From Convolutriloba macropyga (lineage: Eukaryota), in assembly GCF_964194025.1 (NCBI RefSeq), contig NC_134479.1, forward strand, positions 12,896,001-12,960,000: DNA of 64,000 bases, read 5' to 3'. Below are positions 14,228 to 27,072 of the stretch, piece by piece. How positions within the stretch are numbered: the stretch's first letter is position 1; every line of letters begins with the position of its first letter. The notes under the pieces were generated by a model that was not told the origin of the DNA, ran no database searches, and saw only the letters and a program-made list of their open reading frames with translations. The position numbers were made by a program, and so were the translations under genes.

Positions 14228-14577
14228 CTTATCATGTCGCTCGCAAAACGAACAAAAACCCAAAAATTGAGGAGATTATATCCTGGAAGGCATGGAGGAC
14301 TCTCAGACTGTTAGACAGAACCGTCGTAATCATGGCAGCCCAAAATCCAGAACAAACGACTCGGGAGACGCTCGAAATGACTATCCTCAATAGGAAGACT
14401 GAAAGTGATGAAAGTGCCAAAACCATCGAGGACCGTATGGACAAGCAACGGTTTACAGGAACAGCAGCGGAATCCTGGAAAATTTTTGCTCTCCTATTTG
14501 ATCGAATTGCTCTCATTAACCACTCATTAATTATGATAGGTGTGTTCATTTATTATTTTTCATCAACATTGTTTTAA
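14228..14577 (+). CDS. Terminal exon of the same Cys-loop subunit: M3-M4 loop and M4
   Basis: ttttcAG acceptor at 14226-27. The phase-1 join to 8418 gives an open frame AYHVARK...AAESWKIFALLFDRIALINHSLIMIGVFIYYFSSTLF* (W..A...DR pre-M4 motif). AATAAA at 14792. Confidence 0.9.
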
Positions 14578-15096
14578 TTGAAAAGGCCTGTTGTTCGCCG
14601 AAAATTATTGATTACTGTTCAAAACATTTGTTGCCCCTATTACAAAGCACTTTTATTTCGTTTTGTCGGCGCAAAAAATGCCGACGCTGAAAAAATTTAC
14701 GTATAAACCGATATTTTGATCAGCATGAAAAGTTTTTATGCTGATCATAATTTTTCTCTTGTATCGAATTTGTTGTAGAAAATGAACAGTAAATAAATCT
14801 CACTCAATACCGAAGTGCTTCAAATGACAGAAAATTATGAGTCACTTCATAAAACAAAGCTAGCTTAATTCTTTTGCCATTTGTAAAAGTTGGAAAATAT
14901 TGCCGAGGGCTTTAATTAGAACCAAAATTTATTATATCAGAAAATGGAGGGTTCATTGATTGAACTAAGTCGTATGTTAAAAAAAATTAACAAAAGATGA
15001 TATATTATTTAATTCAAGTTTATAATCAGTTCCTTAATTGAACGGCTCTCTGAACAAATCTTGGCCATCAGAAAATTCTCATCAGTTTGAATAATG

Positions 15097-15911
15097 CCCG
15101 GGTCGAGGTATCACCGCCATTCAACGTAAAATTATGCAAGACAAGCGGTGAATGCGTAAAATTTGATCAGATAAGCGGTGAATGCGGGGAAATTACATAA
15201 ATCAGGCGGTGAATGCGGTGAAAAAACCTTTATCGCCTGGTAGTGGTGAAATTTCATAAATTCACCGCTTTGAAAAAATTTTCCAATTTATATAAGGTAA
15301 GCAGTGAATGCGATGAAATTACATAACTTAAGCTTAACTTAGCGGTGAAATTACATAAAACCACCGCTTAGAAAACGCTTCGAATTGTCTTTTGTTCAAC
15401 GAAGTTAAGATACATTTATTAAAAGACGCACGGAAAATTTAACCACGGATAATCATACATCTTCTTGAAACTTTTGTTAAGCGGTGAATTTATGTAATTT
15501 CACAACTACAATAAGCGGTGAGCTTACATAATTTCACCGCATTCACATTTCACTGCTAAAATTTGTAATTTCACCGCTTACCTTATAAAAGTTCAACGCG
15601 TATGTTTTACATAAAGGAGAGTGAATTTGATTTATTATCTAAACAAATATGCCAGATTTTACTGAGAAGTGTCGCAGTGGAAGAAGAAGTGGCTGTGATG
15701 CAGGAGGTGAGATGTTCGAATCCATGCAAAGACGGTAACTTGTAGTAAGCGCTGAAAAGTGGTGAAATTTTTTAAGTTCACCGCTTACTCTAGCAGTGAA
15801 CATGCCAAATTTCACCGCATTTCACCGCAACACTATGTACGAAATTTGCGGTGAAAAAACCGACTTTTCACCGCTTATCTTACATATTTTTCCGATTTTT
15901 TCTCGACCCGG
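15097..15911. mobile_element. MITE/foldback element with GCGGTGAA/TTCACCGC arrays
   Basis: TIRs CCCGGGTCGAG ... CTCGACCCGG. Many gcggtgaa and ttcaccgc motifs in both orientations. Confidence 0.8.
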
Positions 15912-16719
15912 ACGCGTTTTGAGCGCCAGTTAAACACTATTCATTATCAATTATAAGTTTTCAAAAAAACAACTGTGGAAAACTATAATTTGCCGCTAAC
16001 TGTTGTTGATATTTTCGATTGATATCGTTTATCAAAAACAACTTGGTGAGCGTTTTCAAAAAAGGAAAACAAATTGTTGGGAAAATTTAAGTTACGGTTT
16101 TTTTTTGGTGGGGTGCTTTGGGGATGTAATCTGTCCTGTCACGATTAGCAGTCAGCTTTAATTATTTTTATTTCCATATAGAACTACTTGTATGACGCGA
16201 AATACTTCTTCAAAATTTAGCCATATGATTGACGATACAAACTTGATTGACTTTGTTTTACTCTAGTTCTTTCCTCGGAATACACATCAAGCTTTCCTGA
16301 TGAGTGTATGAACAACAGTTGACAGTAAGATTTAAAAATTGCAACTGAAGAAATTCTTATTCACATAATTATTAGACGATATGTTCAATTTTCAGCGTGA
16401 AATATGTCTTAATCGCATAATTTCTTCATGAAAAAAGTCAGAAACATTTATATGGCTCTCAATTTTTGTGAATATTTGTGTGAATGTTAATTAATTCTCT
16501 TTTATCTAATCGTGAGCATGTTGAATTTTTAGAATGGTTTGTGGCATAATTAACAATGATGGCTTCACTTTTTTAAAATTAAACAAATTTGTAAGCTTGC
16601 ATTGGATGTAATCATAATTCTTTTAATTCAATTATTTCTCTCATTATGGTCCTTCAAGCAAAAGTGTAGAAAAAATTTATGACCCACACAAGGCACAAAC
16701 TTAAGTAAATTATAGCTAG

Positions 16720-19230
16720 GAACAGCGCCATCAAGATCCACTGTTGTGATCAAGTAATTTTACTGGCATTTTGGGGAAATTTTCCTGATTATCAAGCGAA
16801 TTCAACGTCACCCCATTTTTTAAGAAAAAAATCAGCATCGAATCGGTATAATGACACCATGTTTTACAGTGTGTCCATTAGTTTTTTTGGTTTTAGCAAC
16901 GGATTGGACTAACTGTTCCTCGTTTTCAGGTTAGACTTAGTTGATACAGAAAAGAAAAATTAGCTTGACGTTCGTTTAAAATGTTTTCTCAGTGACATGT
17001 GTGTTTGCAAAAAAAGTTATTCTATTGAACAACGGTCGTGCTATCAGTCCACATGAATGCATAAAAAACAGTTACAGTAAATGCCCGAAAAGTTTCATTT
17101 TTAAGCCACGCGGCAGCAAGTCGATCTGCTTGTAATTCCAATTTTGGGAAATTCATCACTTTCATTGGTGCCCCACGATTTTCCCGTAAAACAAATGCCA
17201 GCTGTTTCTCCTTGTCCGTAGCTGTTTCAATTTGACTCGTAATGATGCGACGGCACTGAAAACATCCTGTGAACTGTCGACCAACAAATGGAATTCTGGA
17301 CTGTCAAAGGGTCCAGTAAAAAAACTTCGAAGATTTTTTATTTTTTCAAGCCTTGGTAAGTGTGCACTCCAAACCAAAACTTTTGATGACTTTTAAACAA
17401 CTTTCAAGAAATGACTTTTAGGAGCAGCCAAGAACCGACAAAAAATCGTGAGAGAAGACCATTTTGGTCAAACATTTTACAAAGTAGGCTTAAAACCAAG
17501 CAATGCGTGATTGACTCGAAAATACCTCAGCATGTACCCTTAATCACAACTAAGCTGTTCCATGTGTGATGAATCCTCTTGGCTTGAAGGAATTACATTG
17601 AGTCTGTGGATTGTCGGGTCAGTGAGTAAGGACATAATCAACGAGGTACCGTCGCATTCTGCTGCTCCATTGAACACCCAACGCATTTTACCCGGCTTGT
17701 TCGGGTTGGCTAGTTGTCATTATTTGTGATCTGAGAAGAAAAATGCTCTCTGCATCCTGCAACAATGTGCTGTGAGGACTAGTGCGTCCTTCTGGTCTGC
17801 TTTCTCAGGTTGAGAGAACTGTCGGAACGTGTTTTCATCTCTCAAGCAAGAGAAGCAAATTTATTTTCCGCTCGCTGTGTGGTAGTTTTTTTCTTTGAAG
17901 ATTTTGCTTTACCAGAAGCGGTGGTTGCTATTAAAAACAACCCAGAGCTAATTGAATGGCGTTGAAGACGAACATTGTTTTCTTGTTTGCTTTTTTTGCG
18001 TATTTGATTGGCAATTTGGTTCCTGGTTGCTGAAGTGTGGTTATCTTTACCCTCTGTCTTGTCCGGGCTTTGATTCATAAGAGCGTGTACATCAGCCTTC
18101 TCTTTCAGTCGTTGAAGTCAAGGAGAGTTGGCTTAGCGCAATGCTTTTTAACTGTAAAGCGTGAACAAGACATATTCAAGTTTTGATGAGTCATTCCGTT
18201 CTCTTGAATGAAATTCATTCTTTGGATGAGACTCATTCACGTTTGGATGGTAACTTTTGTACTGTTTGGTTAAGTAAGGAATTACTTTTCAACTCAGTGT
18301 CTTGTGATTTTGACTTGAAAACCCCGACAAGTCTAGATATAGCTGCAGATTAGTTGATATGATGTTATCACTATTGTTAATTTTAAGGGGCTAATAATTG
18401 CTTGGTAACACATGTGAGCATTTATGAGTTTCTGTGACTGGCCAAATTTACGTTCCAAAGTGCTTAGTGCATACTTGTACATTAAACCACAGTAAGAAAA
18501 CTGGACGATTGTAATATTTTAAGGAAAGTCAACCTGGCGTCATCCGCAGGCAACTACGAGCCAAGTAAATCGCAATTTTGAATTCCCCATACCATTCATT
18601 CCACTGTAATGGGTCGCCTCAAAATTGTGCAAAATTTCACTCCAGCAAGGGATCGTTGGCTTGCTTGTAAATGCATCAGAACTTTCTCAATCAATTACGC
18701 ATTGTCTGGTATCGGCGGAGTAGGTGGAGACACTTTCGGACCAAGGCAACACAACATCGGCCCATTTTAACCATATGTTGCGCGGAGAACAGGAATGGGT
18801 AGACAGTTACAACATTAATGACCTCTGCTATCGGGTTTTCTTGTTGTAGCTGGATAGTGAATGCAAAATAAAGTGAGTTTTGACATTCTTGCAGTGGAAC
18901 ATTGGAGGGCACACTATTAACGGTAGTAGTGCCTTTGTTGACTATTGATTTTCTGGGCTGTAAAAAACGCCAATAACCCATAATTAGCACAAATTGTTGG
19001 CCAAGACGGATATTGGGCGTGTTCGGGGCAGCAGCAGCAACGAAATGAACGATTTTGTGTACTTCATTAGCAATGCTGTTTTTTTAAGGGGAATTCGAGC
19101 TAGCAAAGTGCGACGCAACGGAAACGTGGCCGAGAGGAAATTGAGCGAGCAACAAGCTACGTAACTGAAAAGCGACGGACGGAAAATAGAGAAAACTTTT
19201 ATTCCAAACCGGCACAAAACCACACAAACT
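16720..19230 (-). mobile_element. Internally deleted, degenerate BEL/Pao element related to the 1-6464 copy
   Basis: Minus-strand FTGPFDSPEFHLLVDSSQDVFSAVA (cf. FTGAFDNIELHMFGDS at ~4380), NPNKPGKMRWVFNGAA (~17700), and gag DUF1759-like segments at 18100-18680. Boundaries are approximate. Confidence 0.8.
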
Positions 19231-20596
19231 AACTATTAATAATTCGCGATTTAACCAAATCACACAACAGATCAACGTGAGGTATAATAATTGAAGCACA
19301 AACCAGCAAAGGACATAACATGGCGTGAGAGCAAACATATGTATAATCAAAGCCAAGGTTCTGAAAGAGTAGGAAAGGCTGCGGAAAGTAACTTGTGATT
19401 TAACATACAATACAAGTCATACATTAGAAATACCTAGACCCTTAACACCAATCAGCATCCTACCAACATCAGACTATCTACAGCAAAGTTTAATAAAAAA
19501 AATTTCCAATTTGATTGTAGACTAGGACCGTTGGAAAAGTCAAGAGACAATTAAATCCTAACTCCAGAACAAACCTAATTGGCACCGTTCATGGTAACAG
19601 AACGAAACTAACAATTATGCAATCACTTAACAAAAAACAGCAACAAAAAGTAGTATACTACAACAAGAGGACCAGCAAAAAAGTCGAAAAAGTCTACACA
19701 CAATCCACCCGCAGTTTGTGAATCAACTAATTCATATCCTTAAAAACAACAAGAGGAGAACAACGAAATAATTAACATACTATCCTAATCCCAGTTTCAA
19801 CACAACTTCAATATCACTCATCAAATACCAACATACTGAGTTGAATATCAAAAGTAGTTGGAGACAAAAAGGAAAACAAGCTTTAAATGAAAAGTTAAAG
19901 AACAAAACACGCAGACGGTTTGATATTGAAACGAGCGAGCGGAAAAACAATGCAATTTTTTTTTCTGAAGGCAGGAGCTTGTGCATTTTTAACATCGTTC
20001 TTTGTTTCACTCAATTGACGAATTTTCGAAATTAAGAACAATATTTTTTAAAAATTTTGTCACAAAAATAATTCTTTCGTCCAATTTCTATTTTTGTTGA
20101 TCATTTTCAGCCAATTCCTGATTCCGAAACGGTAATCTGGTAAACTTGACGGCTTTTGCATAAAATACTGTTTATCAATCTTCAGTATCGATTTTCGAAT
20201 TTATTTTGAATTGCGTCAAATTTGACCAAAATTTTTTAAAATTGAATAACTTAACATAATCTTTGCTGAGTTTTATCTATATGAGAGGTTAGTTTGATTT
20301 GATATAAATTTTTCGAGTTATCAGCAAATGTATGAAAAAATTATTAAAATCAACTTTTCTCAAAATTTATCTTTATGGAGTTAATCGTTATCAATTATCT
20401 ATCAAAGTTTACATTTAGGGCTTCTGTGACAGTGATGTCTTATTGTCATTTTATTTTTAGCCGTCTAAACTAACTCAATCTCAAACAAAAATGTTTTGGA
20501 TGAGTCTTGCAGTTCTCTTTTTTTGTCAAAAATTTGCTTTTGGTAGTTGATGCTAGTCCATATTCTTCTGAGCTACACACCAAACCCAGCCAGATT

Positions 20597-21360
20597 TGTT
20601 GAGGGTTGCCAAAATTTGCTCACATTGAACTGACGTCTGGGAACTGAAATGGTTTTCACGTCACCGATGACGTCATCGAGAGCGAGAGTTTCAGTGTCTT
20701 TCGAATGGTCGGATTGAAAACTCGGCGTGGTCAGGAGTGGGAAAGGCACCGGAAATGACCTCGAGTTCAAAACGTAGTCTGATAGAATCAAACGTGTACT
20801 CGTAATCGACCGTAGCTCATCGGAAGACTCGAAAACTGGCCTTTTCACCATCTCTATGAAACCGTGGATCTTTGGAGGAAATTGCACGTATGCTCGGGGC
20901 AGCGCTCAGGAGGCGTTCATACGACGCAAACTACAGTACTTAGGCAATAAAGAATGGTAATCGGGTAGCGACATCAATATTTACCCAGTAAAAACAAACG
21001 TAATCCGAATCGATTTCAATTCATCAACTTTAGATAATATAGCAACGTATTCAGTACTGGTTATATCAACGTATTTCAGAAAACAAAGCAATGTTTAAGC
21101 TAAACGTCCTAGTAACAAGTGAAACTTAGACGGCAAGGTTTTTTAATGCTCTTTTACAGGTTTTTTAAGGTTTTCGACGTCAACGTTAGTTAAAAATTCG
21201 GTCAAAAATCGTCAAAAAAACCTGAAAATTTTTTACTGAAAATAATTTTAAAAAACTTTATCGGAGCTTTCTACGCATATTAGAACTTATTTTATTGATT
21301 TAATACGATTTCTCTAAGCATTCAAAATACGCAATTCTGATTGGTTGAAATTCAGCTGAC
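20597..21360 (-). mobile_element. LTR of the same BEL family (solo, or 5' LTR of the 16720-19230 relic)
   Basis: The reverse complement of ~21113-21345 matches 6490-6764. The minus strand ends ...CTCAACA at 20597 followed by AATC-TGG. The 5' TG end is not preserved. Confidence 0.55.
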
Positions 21361-22079
21361 GGCTGATATTCAGCTTTCGAATATAGATGAAATTCCTGAC
21401 TTCTTTCCTTTGGGTATTTGGCTGTGACAGAGAACGATTAGTTAATTAAATTGGTTTTCAGAATCTAAAGACGCATCAATCACAACACAAAACACACAAA
21501 CTCAAAGAATCCTAGTGAAGCTATACCTTGAAGCAGTTGAAGATACTTGCCCAACAGACTTACAACTAGTCTTATGCGTTATTAGATAGTTTGTTCAACT
21601 TCTCAAAATCGACAAAGAGAATTAATGATTTATTTTCCTTCATTTGGCTTTCTCACCATAACTATGGCTAACAGTTTGAAATTTCTCAAATAAGCAGATT
21701 AGCGAAAAGCATTATAAAAAATTAATTGAAAAAATAAACGACTGATATATTCTCAGTTCGTTACACTAGGTTGTGCAGCGCAAAAAGGAAAAAAATTAAC
21801 TGAACGAGTGTTACTCTCCTATATTATGGAACACTCCAGCCTGTCGTTTTATATTAGAAATTTATTCGAAACTATTTACTGTAATGAACTCCAATAAAGA
21901 CGTCTATTGAAATGTGCAATTTTTATTGAAATCGTAGAAATTGTTCAGAACTGCCTAATGACCGTAGTGTTTAAATACGGCCATAACCGAGCTCTCGTTA
22001 ATTGAATCAATTTCTTTAAACTCCTGATTGACAATATTGCATATATGTGGATGCCTTCAGTGAGAGCAAGCTTCGTCGT

Positions 22080-23591
22080 TAACTGATATAATAAACAAGC
22101 CCTATTATTACTTCATTCGGATAATCCAAGACGGACCATCAACCTCATCGAAATTGAGTAAAATTGAAAGAAACAGATTTTTTTCCACTCGGAAGTTTCA
22201 TCAATAAATTGATTTCAAATTGGTGTCTTAAGAGTAAACAACAAGGAAACTTCTCTAAAACTTCTCAGAGTCTGTCACGCCTTTACAGCTCATCGCTCTG
22301 GAACTCCATCGGATATATTTTTAGCGGATATATTCTGCTAACCATTCGTTTGTCTGAATTCATTTCAAAGGAGATATTACATTCACATATATCAAAGTCA
22401 GTGACTGCTGGAAGTCTCATTTTCCGTCCTAGCACTAGTCCTACAGGAGTTTTTCCGCGCGTCTTGAAAGTATTTCTGCGTGTTATCAAAGCCCGCTGTA
22501 GGAGTGCGCCAGATGACACTTTCAAATTTGGACTCCACACTTGAACAGCCCACTTACTTGTTTGGACCGCTAGCTCGTGGATGGTAGATGGGTGCCTCCA
22601 CCTTTTTAACCCCAGTGATTCACACCACACTTTTAGGTCACTGCTTGCAAACACTGGACCATTTTCTAATACTAACGTTTTTGGTATCCACAACTAGCGG
22701 AGATTTGACTCAGGTACAACTTCACAGTTTGTGAGGTCAGTTTCACAACAGGGAACGTTTTTATCCAACCTGATCCTGCGTCTACTATCACTAAGTTACT
22801 TCCTTGCTCCTTAACATAACCCCAGTCTATATGGATTCCTTCTCAAATTTCTGATTTTGGCCAGGTAGGCACTGTTTTCCGCAGGCTAAGCCTGTTTTCT
22901 CGGCATTCCTTACATCTACTAACTTATCGAATCTTGCGTACTGCCGTTTCAGTTGCATTTTTGCCTGAGTGGCTCTCATAAGGTCTGGCGTTCACCCCAT
23001 CTCTTTGTTTGGGTTGAATGAAAGACACAACTTCTCGAAAGATCACTCCCATGTGGATAGTTCAGGCGTCTTTCTGTTGCTGAAAACCTTTCTCTGCTTC
23101 TCAGCGCTGTTTCCAGTTTCCACTTTGTATTCTTTTGATGACATCTTGGCAGAGTTTATTCGATCCCAGTCCAAATCTGATGTCTGACAGGGTCACCAGG
23201 TTGGATTGAACAAAATACCAGGTTGGATTGGACTCAATCATTGTCGTCGTCGTCATCCAAATCAAGTCTGCTCAAAGCATCAGCGTTGGGGATCTACACT
23301 TCAAATGTTTATTTTAATTCGAAGTCGAATCTCATTAGCTCTATAGCTCATCTGGTGATTTTTGCTGAGGCTGTTTTAGGATTATCCTCGTCTGGCGCAA
23401 AGAGATATTTGAGAGGTTTGTGATCAGTTTGTAGAGTGAACCTCCTTTCGAGCAGGAATTGTTTGAATCTATTGCTAGTGCCTCTCGCTCAATATGGGAG
23501 AAATTGTGTTCGATTTGCGACAACTGCCTTGAGACGTAGATCACAGGACGCCCTTCCTGAGCGAAAGCCCGCCTATTGTTTTCTCAGAGAC
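22080..23591 (-). mobile_element. Ty3/Gypsy (Mag/K02A2.6-like) relic: RNase H and integrase part
   Basis: Minus strand: YVSRQLSQIEHNFSHIEREALAI, TDHKPL, RIHIDWGYV and IPKTLVLENGPVFASSDLKVWCESLG. Confidence 0.85.
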
Positions 23592-24200
23592 TGTCTTCTT
23601 AGATCCAAACATGATCTATCCGTAAAAATTATATGAGAGCTTATTGGGGCAGCCGATCGAAGAGGTTTTGTTATCATTGTTTGTCAAAGCCTATTCAATG
23701 TTTAAATAGTATCATTTTATTGTGAGGTTATCAATTGTTCACCAACAATATAAGCTTTGTTACTTTCGAGGAATGAGAATTTGCAGAACTGACAGTTTGA
23801 GTTTTTGCGAAATGATTTTATTAATCAAGATGTAACTCTTATTACCAAAAAAATTTTTGGCCCATCAAAAAATTTTCAAGCTGATAACGGTTCTTAATTA
23901 AGTTTTATTTCCAATGAGGCAATTAACTGACTTGAAAGTATGCTGTTAGAAAATCTCAATGATTCTTATGCAGCTCGAGACAAAAACAGTAGTTTTTGGT
24001 TGTTCGATTTTTTATTGAATATTTATATCACAAACAATCGATAGCTACTCATGTGATTATAGTTTTCTTATAGAGCTGCACGTCCTCAACTCAAAATATA
24101 AATTGCTTCTAGTTTAGTACATAAATGTTATTTTATATACAGCAAAATAACAACAATCATATTAGTTTTTTCTTTGCTTTGATTGAAAAGATTTTAAAAT

Positions 24201-24577
24201 ATGGCAAACAGACCTGTGAGTGACAATTCAGCTAACACACAAAAACACAGTGATTACATTGCACCATCATATCAGCAGAACTTAGAAGCCCGAGTTCTTG
24301 GAAAAGATTCGGCTGATAAATCCGAACCGGGCAATGAAACATTTTGTATCGGTGGAAGCAAAATTTTGATATCCAGATGGTTATTCGTTCTTTCATATCT
24401 TACTTTTTGATTTCGGTTGTGCTTTTGATTGCAATTGTTATTGTATGCGCCGTTCACATTAACTCATTGGACTCCAAATAAATAAATTCTAACAATGATG
24501 TTGCAACTCTCAAACAAAGTGTTCGACAAACTCAAGAAGACTACTTATTGTCTCAGACTGCTATGACATTGAACAAG
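24201..24577 (+). pseudogene. Coiled-coil/LGG family paralog B, exon 1 copy 1 (1-nt deletion in TM, in-frame TAA 24479-81)
   Basis: Near-identical to 30734-31112. Homologous to 45590-45934 (DYLLSQTA vs DYLTSQSA). Ends in AAG|GTTTGA. Confidence 0.85.
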
Positions 24578-24747
24578 GTTTGATTCCAGTTTCCACTTTT
24601 CATTCTTTTGATGACATCTTGGCAGAGTTTATTCGATCCCAGTCCAAATCTGATGTCTGACAAGGTCACCAGGTGGGATTGAACAAAATACCAGGTTGGA
24701 TTGGACTCAATCATTGTCGTCGTCGTCATCATTGTCGTCGTCGTCAT

Positions 24748-25044
24748 CTTAGAAGCCCGATTCCCTGGAAAAGATTCGGCTGATAAATCCGAACCGGGCA
24801 CTAAAACATTTTGTATCAGTGGAAGCAAAATTTTGATATCCAGATGGTTATTCGTTGCTTTCATATCTTTTCTTTTATTTCAGTTGTGCTTTTGATTGCA
24901 ATTGTTTTTGTATGCGCCGTTCACATTAACTCATTGGACTCCAAATAAATAAATTCTAACAATGATGTTGCATTTCTCAGACAAAGTGTTCGACAAACTC
25001 AAGAAGACTACTTATTGTCTCAGACTGCTATGACATTGAACAAG
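24748..25044 (+). pseudogene. Paralog B exon 1 copy 2 (5'-truncated, 1-nt deletion, TAA 24946-48)
   Basis: Starts mid-exon at cttagaagcccga, fused to Gypsy sequence. Same 3' Gypsy junction as copy 1. Confidence 0.85.
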
Positions 25045-25050
25045 GTTTGA

Positions 25051-26890
25051 TTCCAGTTTCCACTTTTTATTCTTTTGATGTCATCTTGGCAGAGTTTATT
25101 CGATCCCAGTCCAAATCTGATGTCTGACAAGGTCACCAGGTGGGATTGAACAAAATACCAGGTTGGATTGGACTGAATCATTGTCGTCGTCGTCATCAAA
25201 ATCAAGTCTGCTCAAAGCATCAGCGTTGGGGATCTACACTTCAAATGTTTATTTTAAATCGAAGTCGAATCTCATTAGCGCTCTAGCTCATCTCGTGATT
25301 TTTGCTGAGGCTGTTTTAGGATTATCCTCGTCTTGCGCAAAGAGATATTTGAGAAGTTTGTGATCAGTTTGTAGAGTGAACCTCCTTTCAAGCAGGAATT
25401 GTTTGAATCTATTGCTAGTGCCTCTCGCTCAATATGGGAGAAATTGTGTTCGATTTGCCACAACTGCCATGAGACGTAGATCACAGGATGCCCTTCCTGA
25501 GCGAAAGCCCGCCTACTGTTTTCTCGGAGACGCCTGTTGTCACGGTTGATTCCTTCGTTAAGCTGTGAAGTTGAACAACTTGGTTAGCACAAAACTCATG
25601 TATTCGAAAGCGTTGTTCTTTTTTTCCATCGGATGTCCTCTTTTTGAATTTCGTTCAAAGGTAACCTTTTTAGGAATTTGATACTTTTAAGAGCTGGCTC
25701 GATGCAATTCTGGAAGATAAGTGAAGATTTCGTTAAGCCCTGAAGATGCCTGCACGTATTAAACAATCCTTGCGATGTGTTGGTTTTACATGTTTCTTCA
25801 GCATCCTCGTCCAATTCGATTCAATAGTATGTGTCTAACAGTAAATACTGACAAAGTGAGAGGCCCTATTAAGATAATGGAATATGGTCTCCATGTCTTG
25901 GACAGGATAGACCTCGTCCATAAGTTTACCGTTAATGTGAAGTTTCAGGTCCAGGCTTTGTCTTAGAGCTCCATTTTTCATTCGCTGCCAAACTACTGGG
26001 GAAGCATTTGTGACCCCACCAGGTTGCACGGGCTCAAATATCTCCTGTCGCAACATCGTCTAGTCTTGTTTTGACCCTTGTCTTGTATAGATAGAGGTAT
26101 GTTTCTAGCCTTGCAGAACATCGGCTGTGATCTCGGTATGAGTTTTACATGAACTTTTTGTCCTTTTACTGCAGGCAGTTTGTCATCAAACCCTGTGTTG
26201 AAGCCTTCTCGGGGTTGTATATCTCTCCTAAATAGTCCAAATGCTTTGTCGGATTTTGAAACTGCATACTTTTACTGTACCGACGGTACAATTTTGGACC
26301 TACAGGTAGCGAGTCTCTTTCTGAGTGTGCGCGAGCAAGACGCACTTCTCAAACATAGGAGCCTATAAGCCCTAAAAACTACAAGACACTCATCTTAATG
26401 AAATCAAAGTATTAAATCAAAACTTTTTCCCCAAAGAGAGAGTTATAGCGGTAGAAAGGGCTCCATTTCTGTCAGTTGTCCAAGAAGTTGCAGAAACCGA
26501 CGCTGATTCCTTTAACATGAAATGTCGTGCCCTACTTAAATGTCATATATTCCCATGCTACTGACATGTTCAACACGTCTTCCCGTGTATAGCACATCCC
26601 CAATTCTTTTTCGAAAGATGTTTGACCAGACAACTTACCCACTTCCTCGCTGAATTTGTTGTACTGGTCGAACTTACCTGAAATAGGCTAGGTTATACTT
26701 TTGCACGTTTTCACAAAGTGCCCAACCTTTTCACAGGTGTTACATTTTCTGTTCAAAGACCGAAGCGGCTTGCTACTGTGTGGCTTACCTCCACATCTCT
26801 TTAGACAAAAGCTATTGTTTCTAAGAATCATAAAATCACTATTTCTTCAGCCTAAATGCTTTTTCTTGGTAGTCACTGACCTCAGATAAT
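25051..26890 (-). mobile_element. Ty3/Gypsy relic: gag zinc knuckle, RT and RNase H part (same element, split)
   Basis: CNTCEKVGHFVKTC (CX2CX4HX4C, ~26745-26702). RT ASPVVWQRMKNGALR and NTSQGLF...SSLIFQNCIE. 25051-25531 duplicates ~23112-23591. Confidence 0.85.
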
Positions 26891-27072
26891 AATATCACGT
26901 ACTGAACAGTAGAAAGCTCTGCCAAGAATTATTTTTCCTCAAGGAAAAGAGTGAACCAAAATTGCTATGTTAAAATATAAAATGAAAAAAATTGTCGTGG
27001 ACATTAGGTTTTGGCTAATTGGGTATACGGGTACACAACTATGTTTTGCATACAACTCAAAGACCAACTCTA

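Noticed and set aside
15665-15735. tRNA genes here, at ~11650-11711 and at ~63420-63497
   Set aside because: Only A/B-box-like motifs are present. No acceptor or anticodon stems could be folded.
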